Source of the DNA: Corallochytrium limacisporum Hawaii
Taxonomy: Eukaryota; Protista; Pluriformea
Length of the DNA: 64,000 nucleotides
Direction: 5' to 3'
Assembly (NCBI GenBank): GCA_002811645.1
Contig: PDIP01000039.1
Coordinates: 171,061 to 235,060, forward strand
In this document: positions 31,201 to 40,898 of the stretch, piece by piece
Layout of the letters: each line of letters starts with the position of its first letter
Numbering within the stretch: position 1 is the first letter of the stretch
The notes under the pieces: generated by a model
Database searches by the model: none
Told to the model about the DNA's origin: nothing
Seen by the model: only the letters and a program-made list of their open reading frames with translations
Program-made: the position numbers and the translations under genes

Positions 31201-33341
31201 ATGCGAGCTGGGTTCATATATTTTTTTGCTGCAGTACTCTGTGCTGTAGTAAACGCACGGTCTTTGTTCCTTGATCTTGACAATGTCGTGATCAATGATG
31301 CCGCTGCAACTAATGCATACGCTACTGTTGCATTCTTGGACGACGACGGGGAAGAGAAGGGTGACACGGTTTCCAGCCCGCAGCGAACACTGACAAGCAA
31401 TGTAGGTGACGCATCAGGAGATCTCGACTATACTTTCGTACTTGATGTTCCTGTACAGGCCACTCAGTTGAACATTAGGGTGAAAGCGGACGTTACTGGA
31501 ATGACTGATTCCGTTGTGGGAAACATTACCGTATCTCTTTCTGCCCTCGACAGCACCCGGACATCAGCAACGGAGGCATTAAACACCGGCGATGGCACGC
31601 TGACGTACGTCAGTGCCCTTTTTGGTGCCGAGTACTCGATCACCGAATGTACGGGCTCAGCTCAGACTCTCACAGCTGAGTTTGGTATCCTTTTTGACGG
31701 TCATGGTGACTATGCTGCTAATACGGACTGCACCATTAACCTTTCCAATGCAGATGGTGCCACGCTCACCTTCTTGCAGCTCGATCTGGGCGGCGGCTCT
31801 GACTCTCTAAGTGTCACCTGGACCGACGGTTCAGAAGCATACAATAGCGGAACAACGGGTGTGACGACCTTGATCACAACGCTAACACAGTTATTGTTTT
31901 GAATGCCGACGGTGGCAGTGATGTTGGCCCAGGCTTCGTGATTGCCTACCGCCTTAACGCGGAAACCCCAACGACTGATACGACATCCAGCACCACAACT
32001 ACGACAACATCTAGCACTACTACTACCACGACATCTAGCACCGCAAGTACCTCTACTGGCACTGACGACAATACTAGTGATGGGTCTGATGACGGTGATG
32101 GTACAACGGATTCTTCAACTGGATCCAGTTCCGTGGATCCCGTTTTGATTGGATCCGTTGCCGCGGGCGGCGTAGTTGTGCTTGTAGTTTGCGGCTACCT
32201 CTTCAGCCGCAGGCAAAGGAAGAAGCGAGATCAAGCGGACGAAGAGGGCAAGATAGCTGTGGGTGAGGAAACTGAAGGGCGTTCACGCGCTGGATCGTAC
32301 CAACAGCCTGAGGATTCGGTAGAACCCTCTCGGGTGGAAGCCTATGTGTCCTACCCAGATGCGATTGAGGAGGAAGGTACCCCGGGATTGAATGCCATTC
32401 TGATGTCAATGGATACGGACGATATGAATTTTATTCCTCCGCAAAATATCGATATGGGAGAGGAGCTGGGCAGAGGTGCCTTTGGAGTTGTGTACAAGGG
32501 TACTCTCATCAAGTCCGGCATCGAAGTGGCGATCAAGACACTCAACGTGGAAAACGTGGGCGAGAAGGAAATCGGCGAGCTGCTTGCGGAGGCCCAGCTG
32601 ATGAGTACTCTCCGCCATCCGTACATCACTGGCATGATTGGTTTGTGCAAGAATCCTTTCAGTGTGGTCACCGAATTCATGCCCATGGGTGACCTCAAGT
32701 CGTTCATTGCGGAAAATCCCCATCTAACGGACGTCGATTTCGGGCGCTATAGTTGGCAGATTGCCCTGGCCATGGTCTACATGGAAGGTCGCCATATTGT
32801 CCACCGTGATTTGGCCCTGCGAAACATTTTGGTATACAGCCGTGTCATGGTGAAAATCACTGACTTTGGTATGTCAAAGACAATGGCTGCCGAGGATACC
32901 AATTACTACCAGAGCCGCCAGGCAATGCTGCCTGTCCGCTGGCTGGCACCGGAGTGCTTGGAGCGCCGCAAGTTCAGCAACAAGAGTGATGTCTGGGCGT
33001 ACGGAGTCACTGTCTGGGAAATTTACAGTCGTGCCACCCGCCCATATCAGGGGAAAACCAACTTGCAGGTCTTTGAATTCCTGAAAGGTGGTGAACGGCT
33101 TCAGCTGCCTAACGAGGTCGACAGTGGTACGAAGGAAATGGTGGCAGACTGTTTCGTATGGGACGAGCACTTGCGTCCATCCTTCAAGCAGATTGTACAG
33201 CGCTGGTTGACCCGTTCCAACGAAGACGAACGAGAGTACTACCAGGAAGAGATTCACAAGCTGCAGCAGGCTATGACTCTAGACCCTTCCGCTATAGTCT
33301 ACCTGGATCTGCAGGATGAGATGGCAGCGCCTGAGAGTTAG
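31201..33341 (+). CDS. Receptor tyrosine kinase (signal peptide, beta-rich domain, CUB-like domain, Ser/Thr stalk, TM helix, TK), split across two frames at ~31859-31890
   Basis: ORF 31201-31902 gives the signal peptide and CUB start (YAANTDCTINL..LTFLQLDL..DSLSV). ORF 31899-33341 gives the CUB end (NADGGSDVGPGFVIAY), stalk, TM, LGRGAFGVV, VAIK, HRDLALRN, DFGMSK, LPVRWLAPEC, SDVWAYGV. Confidence 0.88.
31859..31890 (+). other. Candidate 32-nt spliceosomal intron (alternative: 2-nt frameshift)
   Basis: GTGTGACGACCTTGATCACAACGCTAACACAG: GT..AG ends, branch-like GCTAAC next to ACAG; removal joins the two kinase ORFs in frame. Confidence 0.45.
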
Positions 33342-33478
33342 AGAAAAAATGTAGACAACAGCTGCTCCTTGGATTTGGTACATATGTATTTATACTTTTT
33401 CTAATAAATAAGTTCTAAGAGTATGTGAAGCGGATGATGGTGATTGAGATGGATGGATGGATGATGATGATGATATAC

Positions 33479-34861
33479 TTATCCGTACTCCCCGTAAAGC
33501 TTATATGACGGCAGCATGACCAGGAAGGCAATGGCAATGGTCACTGCGGCGTAAACAAATGATGGTCTTGGTTCCATAATATGCAATTCGTGCACAAAGG
33601 AAGAAATTGTGGACAGGGACCCACAAAATCCCCCAATAATACCCAATACGACGTCCCGCTTAGCTGCACCACTAGGAACGTCGTCCTCAAGCTGTTCAGC
33701 GTTGATGATCTGTGCCGCAGTGATCACAATCACGGCCAAGATGTTGGCAGCAAATGTGCCCCACTTAAAATTTTCACTGCGATTGTTAAATCTCGCCAGC
33801 TGCCAGCGCAGTAGAGCTCCTGGCGGTGCAAAGCCAAGCCGTGCAATCCACACTTCAGCCTCCCTACGATCGTCAAAAATCGCCAAAGGCAGTGTGAGTG
33901 AGAGCACAATAACAACCACGGGAATGAAGACGCCCCACAAATGGTGCCAGAAGCGATCATTCATAGTGGCCTTGAGTGGATTCTCGTCATCTTTTCCCTC
34001 ACTTCCGCCTGCTTCCCCATTTTGCTCTGGAATAGTGACATCATGGGCAGAATGAGTCTGTCCCGAGTGGGTATGAGCAGAGTGTCCACTCTTTCGCATT
34101 GTTTCCGTAACATCCGCAGATGCACTCCTTTGTCCGTTTTCCATATAGCTGGCTTTGTGTGCAGCTTCGGCCAATGAACGTCTAGAGAGAATACTATTAC
34201 GCGCCTCAAAGCGATCACCGGTTTCCATCTCTGCCATTTCGGCCTCTAGCACCCTGCGAGGGATGGGTTCACCGGCCAATTCGGCGACTTCAATTTCCTG
34301 AGACCTAGCCTGTTCGAGGATGGTCACCTCCTCAGCAGAAAGCGGTGTTCCTTCCCCTCTTATACCCGAGATCAAACGCCATGTGTAATTGCCTGTATCA
34401 TATGCAGCGTTGTACAGTAGCAGACCGAAGATGAGCTGCGAAAGTCCATCAAGGAATCGACCGTCTGTTCCTGTGCCGAATGCAAATGATGGCGCAGCTT
34501 CCAATGCGAAATTAAATTCTGCGATCCAAGTTACTCCGATTCCATTGATCCAACTACTGAAACTTGTGAAAGATCCTGCAAAACCGGTCAGAATACCCAC
34601 TCTTATTTCGTTAATGAGCAGATCATATCGATTGGAACGCTCTCCCCCCAGGGATTTGATCAGAAACGCTGCCGCCGCCGGGTTCCAAAAGAATGCGTAT
34701 GTCCAGGAACCCAGAACCTGGGCCCATGAGCTAACAAACCCAATACCATTGTTCTCAAAGATCATTTCACGGAAGAGTGTACCCAAGCACGCAAAAGCTG
34801 AAATGATCAGAACCAGGTGAAGGTTCTTCGAAAATTTCGTCTCCTCGTCAGTTAAGACCAT
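33479..34861 (-). CDS. FEX: Fluoride export protein FEX (two fused Fluc/CrcB domains)
   Basis: Two CrcB signatures (TGFAGSFTSFSSW and GGFCGSLSTISSF), plus GTLFR, GALLRWQL and WGTFAAN motifs, joined by a cytosolic linker. Confidence 0.92.
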   Translation of the reverse strand: MVLTDEETKFSKNLHLVLIISAFACLGTLFREMIFENNGIGFVSSWAQVLGSWTYAFFWNPAAAAFLIKSLGGERSNRYDLLINEIRVGILTGFAGSFTSFSSWINGIGVTWIAEFNFALEAAPSFAFGTGTDGRFLDGLSQLIFGLLLYNAAYDTGNYTWRLISGIRGEGTPLSAEEVTILEQARSQEIEVAELAGEPIPRRVLEAEMAEMETGDRFEARNSILSRRSLAEAAHKASYMENGQRSASADVTETMRKSGHSAHTHSGQTHSAHDVTIPEQNGEAGGSEGKDDENPLKATMNDRFWHHLWGVFIPVVVIVLSLTLPLAIFDDRREAEVWIARLGFAPPGALLRWQLARFNNRSENFKWGTFAANILAVIVITAAQIINAEQLEDDVPSGAAKRDVVLGIIGGFCGSLSTISSFVHELHIMEPRPSFVYAAVTIAIAFLVMLPSYKLYGEYG

Positions 34862-34868
34862 GATTAGG

Positions 34869-35474
34869 CTACTTCAGAACTACTTTGGCCTTACCACCAA
34901 TGCGTGGATTTGGGTTCGGATGAATTGGTACACAACGCACAGCGGTCCCGTAACAAATTATGAAGCAAGTAATTCCCGAAATACGATTATCCGTCGACGA
35001 GTTCTGATAACGCAAACGGATGATGCTGGAAGCTCCTAACTTTTCCGCCTCACGTACAGCGTTTGCAGTGGCTTCAGCAGTTGCGCTTGCAAAAAGGTGT
35101 CGATACGATGTCAATGATCCACCCAGCAATGATCGGAAGCGACTGTACAGGTCGTGGAAGATGTTGGCGCTTCTCGCACTAGTACCTACCACAACACCCA
35201 ATTCTTCGATGATAACGCGCCCGTGAACTGCGTCCCGCGTGGTCAAGAGCACCTCTTCGTTCAAATCCGTGTACCGCGGGATGTGAGGATCGTAGACTTC
35301 TCCGTCGTCCTGCTTGATGAACCGTTCGTGGCTGGGTTCGTCGGCAAACTTATAACTTTCTCTAAGGTTCCTCTGTGAAAAACTTATGCTGGCGCGTTGC
35401 AGACTGCGGATTTCTTTGGATATTTGACTTAGCCGAAAATGCCTGACAGACTGAACTACCTGCGCCAAGGACAT
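34869..35474 (-). CDS. YbjQ/UPF0145 family protein with N-terminal presequence-like extension
   Basis: LLTTRDAVHGRVIIEELGVVVG, NIFHDLYSRFRSLLGGSLTSY, EAEKLGA, YGTAV follow the YbjQ pattern. First ~37 aa are Arg/Ser-rich. Confidence 0.88.
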   Translation of the reverse strand: MSLAQVVQSVRHFRLSQISKEIRSLQRASISFSQRNLRESYKFADEPSHERFIKQDDGEVYDPHIPRYTDLNEEVLLTTRDAVHGRVIIEELGVVVGTSARSANIFHDLYSRFRSLLGGSLTSYRHLFASATAEATANAVREAEKLGASSIIRLRYQNSSTDNRISGITCFIICYGTAVRCVPIHPNPNPRIGGKAKVVLK

Positions 35475-35478
35475 AACT

Positions 35479-35487
35479 CTACTGCAT
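35479..35487 (-). promoter_or_regulatory. Minimal uORF (ATG-CAG-TAG) ending 4 nt upstream of the YbjQ ATG
   Basis: Minus strand reads taaATGCAGTAGagttATGtcc. Functional only if it lies inside the 5' UTR. Confidence 0.4.
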
Positions 35488-37265
35488 TTACACCGAGATC
35501 ACAAACCCCAGTAACATTTGTTTTCTGCAATACCTGATTTACTTGCATATCTTTTCAACGGAATGAATGGAAGATATTTATTTAAAATATCCTTCTTCTG
35601 ATATACCTCTGAGACTGAGCTCTGTGCTGGTCACGTAGGCTCAAAAAGTCCACACGTACGCCTATCAGACAATCCAAACTCTGCAAATTGGTAATCCTCG
35701 CATGCACCCCGATTCCATTGGTATCATGCGTGTGCACGCTTGGCTCGGGACGTAATCAGAGCCGTTAACAATCTCGTACTAGCGGCGGACAGCGGGCCCC
35801 GGGGGGGGGGGGGAGGGTTCCTTCGGTGTTTTGGAACGATACTCGCTCCCGTCCCTCCCTCCCCGTCGCTTGCCAGTTCAAAAGTGATCTCCCGCTCCCC
35901 CAAAGCCCACCCCTCCCACCCTCCCGCACCGCGGAAGGGTGGGAGGCCCGAAAGACTCTTTTGTTCCCTTTTCGCGATGTAAACCTTGCATGGGCCGAGA
36001 GGAAGGGTTGCGAGAATAGACCTTTTGCCGTTGTTCCCGCGTTTCGGTGCCGCACCCCCGACTCACACCGGAAAGAAAAGCTACCGGCCGTTTCTTTTGC
36101 GGGTCGCTCTCCGTCGTCGTCCGCTAATTTGCACCAAAAACTTTTTTTTTCAACGCAAGCCCCATTCCCTTACTCAACGATCCGCCAAACAAAACTGAAT
36201 ACATAAAGTACGGAAGCTTGGGCAGCTCCACGTCCCGCGCTTACCCAGTCTCGGGTCCCCCCCCCCCGCGGGGCCCACTGGGCGTTCCCGGTGTCAGCTG
36301 GTACTGGCGAAAGGCTGCCTGTTGTTTTCTGGGCGTTCAATAAGTACCGGCCGCCCGCTACAGCAGCGCACCGAGGCAAATGAAACAGCAAGAAAAGAAA
36401 GAAAGAAGAAAAAAAAATTGGGAAAGGTGAAAAATTGGGGAGACGTAGAATCTTTTCCCGTTTGCTTCGCTTGGGTTCCCCATTTCTTTACCATTGTCCT
36501 TCCCTCCTCGCCTGCCAGCTTTGGTTGGGGGGGGGGTAAGAGCCCTAGCACACAGCCCGGTTGGAGGGAGAAATCAGAAAAGGTGGCGATAAATTGGGTA
36601 CGCGCCACCGAAAAAAACAAAGTAAAAGGAAGGAGCCCACAGCGAACGGTTTCTACCGTTCTTTTAGCCTTTTACATTGTTTTCCTAGTTTTTCCTTATC
36701 ATCCTCTCTTGGCAATAGTGTGAGAATGGAGGGAAGAATGAAGGGCGGGTTAAAATTTCTGTGAGGGGAGCATCCGGGACCGATAGCGTAGGCGGTAGCT
36801 ATTGGACCCAAAAACGGACCCCCAAACCCGCTTCCCGGCGGGAAGGGAGAGGGGGAGGGGTAGGGACGGGTGGCGGCCGTTTGACTATGGCCAGACTGTT
36901 TCTGCGTGTGTGTGTGTGGTGTGCGGCCCGCTTTGGTTGTCACAGTGGACAGCTGTTATTTGAGCGGCTAACGGCTGAGAGCCCTTCGGCGGATGGCACA
37001 GCCCTCCCCCGGGCCAGGAAGGGGGGGGGGGAGAGAGAGAGAGAGAATCGTGGGTGAGGGCGCGTGCGTACGAGCTGGCTGATGAGCCTCGATGACGGTA
37101 TCAGCTGTATTGAGTCCATATGCGCTCGTTTTTTTGTGTCCGTTGGACTTGGACTGAGTGCCGGAGGGTGTTTGACAGGTGATCGCTCAATGTATCTCGG
37201 ACTTGGCCTAAGGAAACTGCGGTTCCTTTTGTTCTGGGACCCATAGCTAAGAGTTCTCATAGGCA

Positions 37266-38267
37266 ATGCCGGATGCTGGAATGGGGACAGGGAATCGTGG
37301 CGATGCACTGTTGGCGGTATACCAGCGCCTGAGAGATGCAACTGTGCCTTTTGCGAATAGCAATGGGTTAAAGAAGATTGATCAACCAAGCAGCAAAAGG
37401 ATCACTCACATTTACAACCCATTAGAATATGCATGGGAGCCCATTAAGCGCTACGTGCAGCTGTACGGTAGTTCAAAGAAGCAAGTTGTCATGGTTGGCA
37501 TGAACCCAGGACCATTTGGCATGGCACAGACCGGAATTCCCTTTGGTGACATTCCTTCTGTACAGAATTTCATGCACATCGGTGATAGTCCAGACCGAGC
37601 TGATTTCCAGGTCGGCAAACCGAGTCCGGAACATCCTCAACGGCCCATCGAAGGGTTTAGTCTTGGACGAAGGGAAGTGTCCGGCACGAGATTATGGGGC
37701 TGGGCAGCGGATTTGAGTGAAGGGTCTGCTGAACGCTTCTTTGAGCATACCTATGTACACAATTTCTGCCCACTAGTATTCATGACTTCCTCCGGATCCA
37801 ATGTAACTCCGGATGCTCTTCCAGACAAAGGATACAAATCCGCTGTATTGAAGTATTGCACGGACGCGATCACAGATCTTGTGCGGATTTTGGAGCCGCA
37901 TGACATCATTGCAATCGGAAACTGGACCCATAAGACACTGTCAAAGATTCAATTTGATCGGGAAGTTCGTGTCGTGAAGATCCTGCACCCAAGCCCTGCT
38001 TCACCGTTGGCAAACAATTGGCCATACCGTGCCACGGCACAGCTGCAAAACCTAGCGCTCCTCGACTGCATGGGCGGAAGCCACTTGCTAAAGAAATATA
38101 ACGTCAAGGAGGACGATCCCGGCAAGAAAACGATCACTATGCCACCAAGAGCCGCACCGAACGATTCCAGGAAGCGGAAGTTCGAAGACACCCCGAAAAT
38201 CTCAGAGCCGACGAAGTCCGGACCGATCCGGCGCAGTCGCCGCCTGGCAAAGGGGCCCCCGCAGTGA
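37266..38267 (+). CDS. SMUG1: Single-strand-selective monofunctional uracil-DNA glycosylase (UDG family 3)
   Basis: IYNPLEYA, GMNPGPFGMAQTGIPFG, REVSGTRLWG, HNFCPLVF, LHPSPASP; basic NLS-like tail. Confidence 0.94.
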   Translation: MPDAGMGTGNRGDALLAVYQRLRDATVPFANSNGLKKIDQPSSKRITHIYNPLEYAWEPIKRYVQLYGSSKKQVVMVGMNPGPFGMAQTGIPFGDIPSVQNFMHIGDSPDRADFQVGKPSPEHPQRPIEGFSLGRREVSGTRLWGWAADLSEGSAERFFEHTYVHNFCPLVFMTSSGSNVTPDALPDKGYKSAVLKYCTDAITDLVRILEPHDIIAIGNWTHKTLSKIQFDREVRVVKILHPSPASPLANNWPYRATAQLQNLALLDCMGGSHLLKKYNVKEDDPGKKTITMPPRAAPNDSRKRKFEDTPKISEPTKSGPIRRSRRLAKGPPQ

Positions 38268-38878
38268 ATCAATCTGATTTGATTTTCTCCCTGTTTGAAC
38301 ACCGAAGGATTTTTTTTCCTGCGAGAACCGCGCGACCGAATGAAATGCGTCCTTCTAAATACATAATGTACACAGACTAACTGTGCGTAATGAGGTGACA
38401 ACATTTGGTCGTCACCAAGGCGGGTTTTCAGAGGGAGGGGGTACACACACACGTCTGCATCCCGTCTCCCGCTCTTCCTGCCCCACCTTGAGAGAGACTG
38501 TGTGGGTACCAGAGGAGGGAAGGCTCCTCTGGTGCCGTGAGGGAGACAGATATACGCGACTTTAATCACCGGTGACCTTGGCCCCCCCCCGGGGGGGGGG
38601 GGAAGGGGGGAGGGGCGAAGCTCTTAGCAGCCCCAGGCTTATCAAATATTCCCTTGTTTCCAACCGCTTTCAAACGTGCTGTATTAGCTACCGAGCGCTT
38701 GCCTGCAGGTGCACTTTGCCACTAAGTCTGCTGCTGAGCATAACGAAGCGATGAATTCCAATAGCGATGGTAGATGGTGGTATTTAAGCAAACGATCGCC
38801 ATTTAAACATCTGTCACCAAGACAAATCATTAAATACAAACACAAGCGACATATAGTTACACAACACACAAATACACA

Positions 38879-39943
38879 ATGGGACTACGCAAGAGCAAGA
38901 TGGCCCGGGCCAACGAGCAGGAGCTGCCTGAAATGACCATTAACCAGGTAGTCTTGGATGATGTCGAGGCCGGCACCGTCGCCTGGCTCAGGGACTTGGA
39001 CGAGGGTAAGATGATGGCTGCTGCCACTGGCAAGCCCATTTTCCTGCTCTTCACCGAGATGCCTGGATGTCAGACCTGCACCATGTTTGGTCGCAACATT
39101 CTCGATAACACAGACATTGTGGATGCTATCCACGAAGAGTTTGTTCCCGTGCTGATTAACAACCGCGGCTGGACTTCTCACGACCGCCGGGTTTTGCGCG
39201 AATACAATGAAGCTTACCTGAACAACCCCGTTGTCCGCTTCCTGGACGCCAACGGTGAAGACCTTATCCCCCGCAAGGACAATGACTACTCACTTGAGTC
39301 TATGAAGTTCCGCATGACCCAAGCTGTTAGCGCAGCTGGTCTGTCTGGTGACGATCTGTTTAACCGCGCCCGTCGCAGTGCCTCCTCTGTCTCTACTGAG
39401 GGCTCCGACACTGAATCCATTCCTTCTCGCGCGTCCACGACCAGCGGCAGCCAGAGCCCGGTTCGCACCTCCATTGTGCGCAAGACCCGTGCCACTGTGT
39501 TCTTCGTCATGTCCTGCTTCTGGGAAGGCGAAGGCTGCATCGACATGGTTGCTGCCAAGTTCCCTGGCCTCGTCCAGGAGACCCGTGCTGTCTGGGTGAA
39601 GACTGACGAAGCCGTCAAGGTTGTGCTGAAGACCACCGACCGTGATGCTCTGAAGCAGTTCCTGTGTGCTGTGCACCAGACTGGCTGCGCCTCTACCGTC
39701 CTCACCGACGACGAGACCGTCCTGCGCGTTCTGACTAAGTCCAGCAATCGCAACTTCTTCAGCGTCCGCCAGGCCAACCGCATGGACATTTCCCTGCCCG
39801 CTAAGCCTTCTGACCAGAAGTATTACCTTCGTCACACCAACTTCAAGAATGAAAAGCTCACTGAAGCCCAGAAGATGGAGATCAACGGCAAGATGTGGGC
39901 CAAGGTCCGCCGTGGTGCCGACGTACAGATTGCTGCGTGCTAA
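38879..39943 (+). CDS. Thioredoxin-like protein resembling the bacterial VPGUxxT (seleno)protein family, with an MsrA-like CFW C-domain; Cys form
   Basis: GKPIFLLFTEMPGCQTC, EEFVPVLINN, NNPVVRFLDANG, FVMSCFWEGEG, DQKYYLRHT..LTEAQ. Strong C/T-ending codon bias. Family assignment is from recalled motifs. Confidence 0.8.
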   Translation: MGLRKSKMARANEQELPEMTINQVVLDDVEAGTVAWLRDLDEGKMMAAATGKPIFLLFTEMPGCQTCTMFGRNILDNTDIVDAIHEEFVPVLINNRGWTSHDRRVLREYNEAYLNNPVVRFLDANGEDLIPRKDNDYSLESMKFRMTQAVSAAGLSGDDLFNRARRSASSVSTEGSDTESIPSRASTTSGSQSPVRTSIVRKTRATVFFVMSCFWEGEGCIDMVAAKFPGLVQETRAVWVKTDEAVKVVLKTTDRDALKQFLCAVHQTGCASTVLTDDETVLRVLTKSSNRNFFSVRQANRMDISLPAKPSDQKYYLRHTNFKNEKLTEAQKMEINGKMWAKVRRGADVQIAAC

Positions 39944-40898
39944 ACGCCCAAACTTTTACATCCCAACCCCCCCTCCATTTCTCATGTATATTCCATGTAC
40001 ATAGTAGTTCCATAGCCATACCATAGCATGAAAACCATAATTTCCATCATATCATTATATAAACGTCCATAACATACCCATTCACCTATATAACTTCCAA
40101 AGCAATTCGTTCACATTATTCTCTTTCCTATTTTTTTCTCTATCAGCTCCTACGTGTTACCATTTTCAATACTCTGGGAGTATAGTGCAGTATCGGAAAC
40201 GTCGCCCCGCGGGCGGGGTCGGCGGATCCGAGATATGTGGGTATTAGACGATGGGCTAACCCCCCCCCCTCCGGGGGCTCTCCAATCCCCTGCCAATCTG
40301 AGCCTAGTTGGGGAAAGGTCATAGAAATTCCAGTACTTTTACCATGCGAGTCGCGCCCATCCCCGGGGTCCTCGGGAGGGAGGGCCTTCCGGGGTGTTTC
40401 CCTCAGGGCCCAGATACAGCCAGACGCTGGAGGTGGGGGGGGTCCCTCCAACCTCCATTGCAGAGACACTGGGGCAGGGTTCTCGATTCAGTGCAATAAG
40501 AAGTTTCAAGCCCAACCGCAGAAAGTATATCATACTATAATGTATTTCCCAGCGGCGCAGATCTGGAATCACCAGTGGGACGGTCCCGTGTACCTTTGAG
40601 AACTATCTACGAACCCACTTCCCAGTTTAAGTTTGTGCCACCGTTCAAACTTGGGGGTAGATGGAATGCCCACCGTCTCCCACCCTCCCAAAGTCGAATC
40701 AATCCAAAATTACTTTTTTAAAATCACTCTCACAATTCTTTAGTTTTTTAATTTAGTTTTTTTTGGTCTCCTATGCTGTTATTTTTTTCTTTACCAGGGG
40801 GGGAGGGCGGGATATGGTGGACAGGAAGAGCCAAAAAATCGACCCCCGCCACCCTTTCCGCTAGGTCGCCCGGGGAGGGTGGAAGAGACACACGGCTT

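Noticed and set aside
34862-34871. Stop-codon read-through or splicing that fuses YbjQ to FEX
   Set aside because: The 7-nt spacer is out of frame and I see no canonical branch point-YAG acceptor at the junction.
35475-35760. Possible fluoride riboswitch upstream of YbjQ-FEX
   Set aside because: No crcB-motif consensus visible; only an imperfect AT-rich inverted repeat near 35570-35597.
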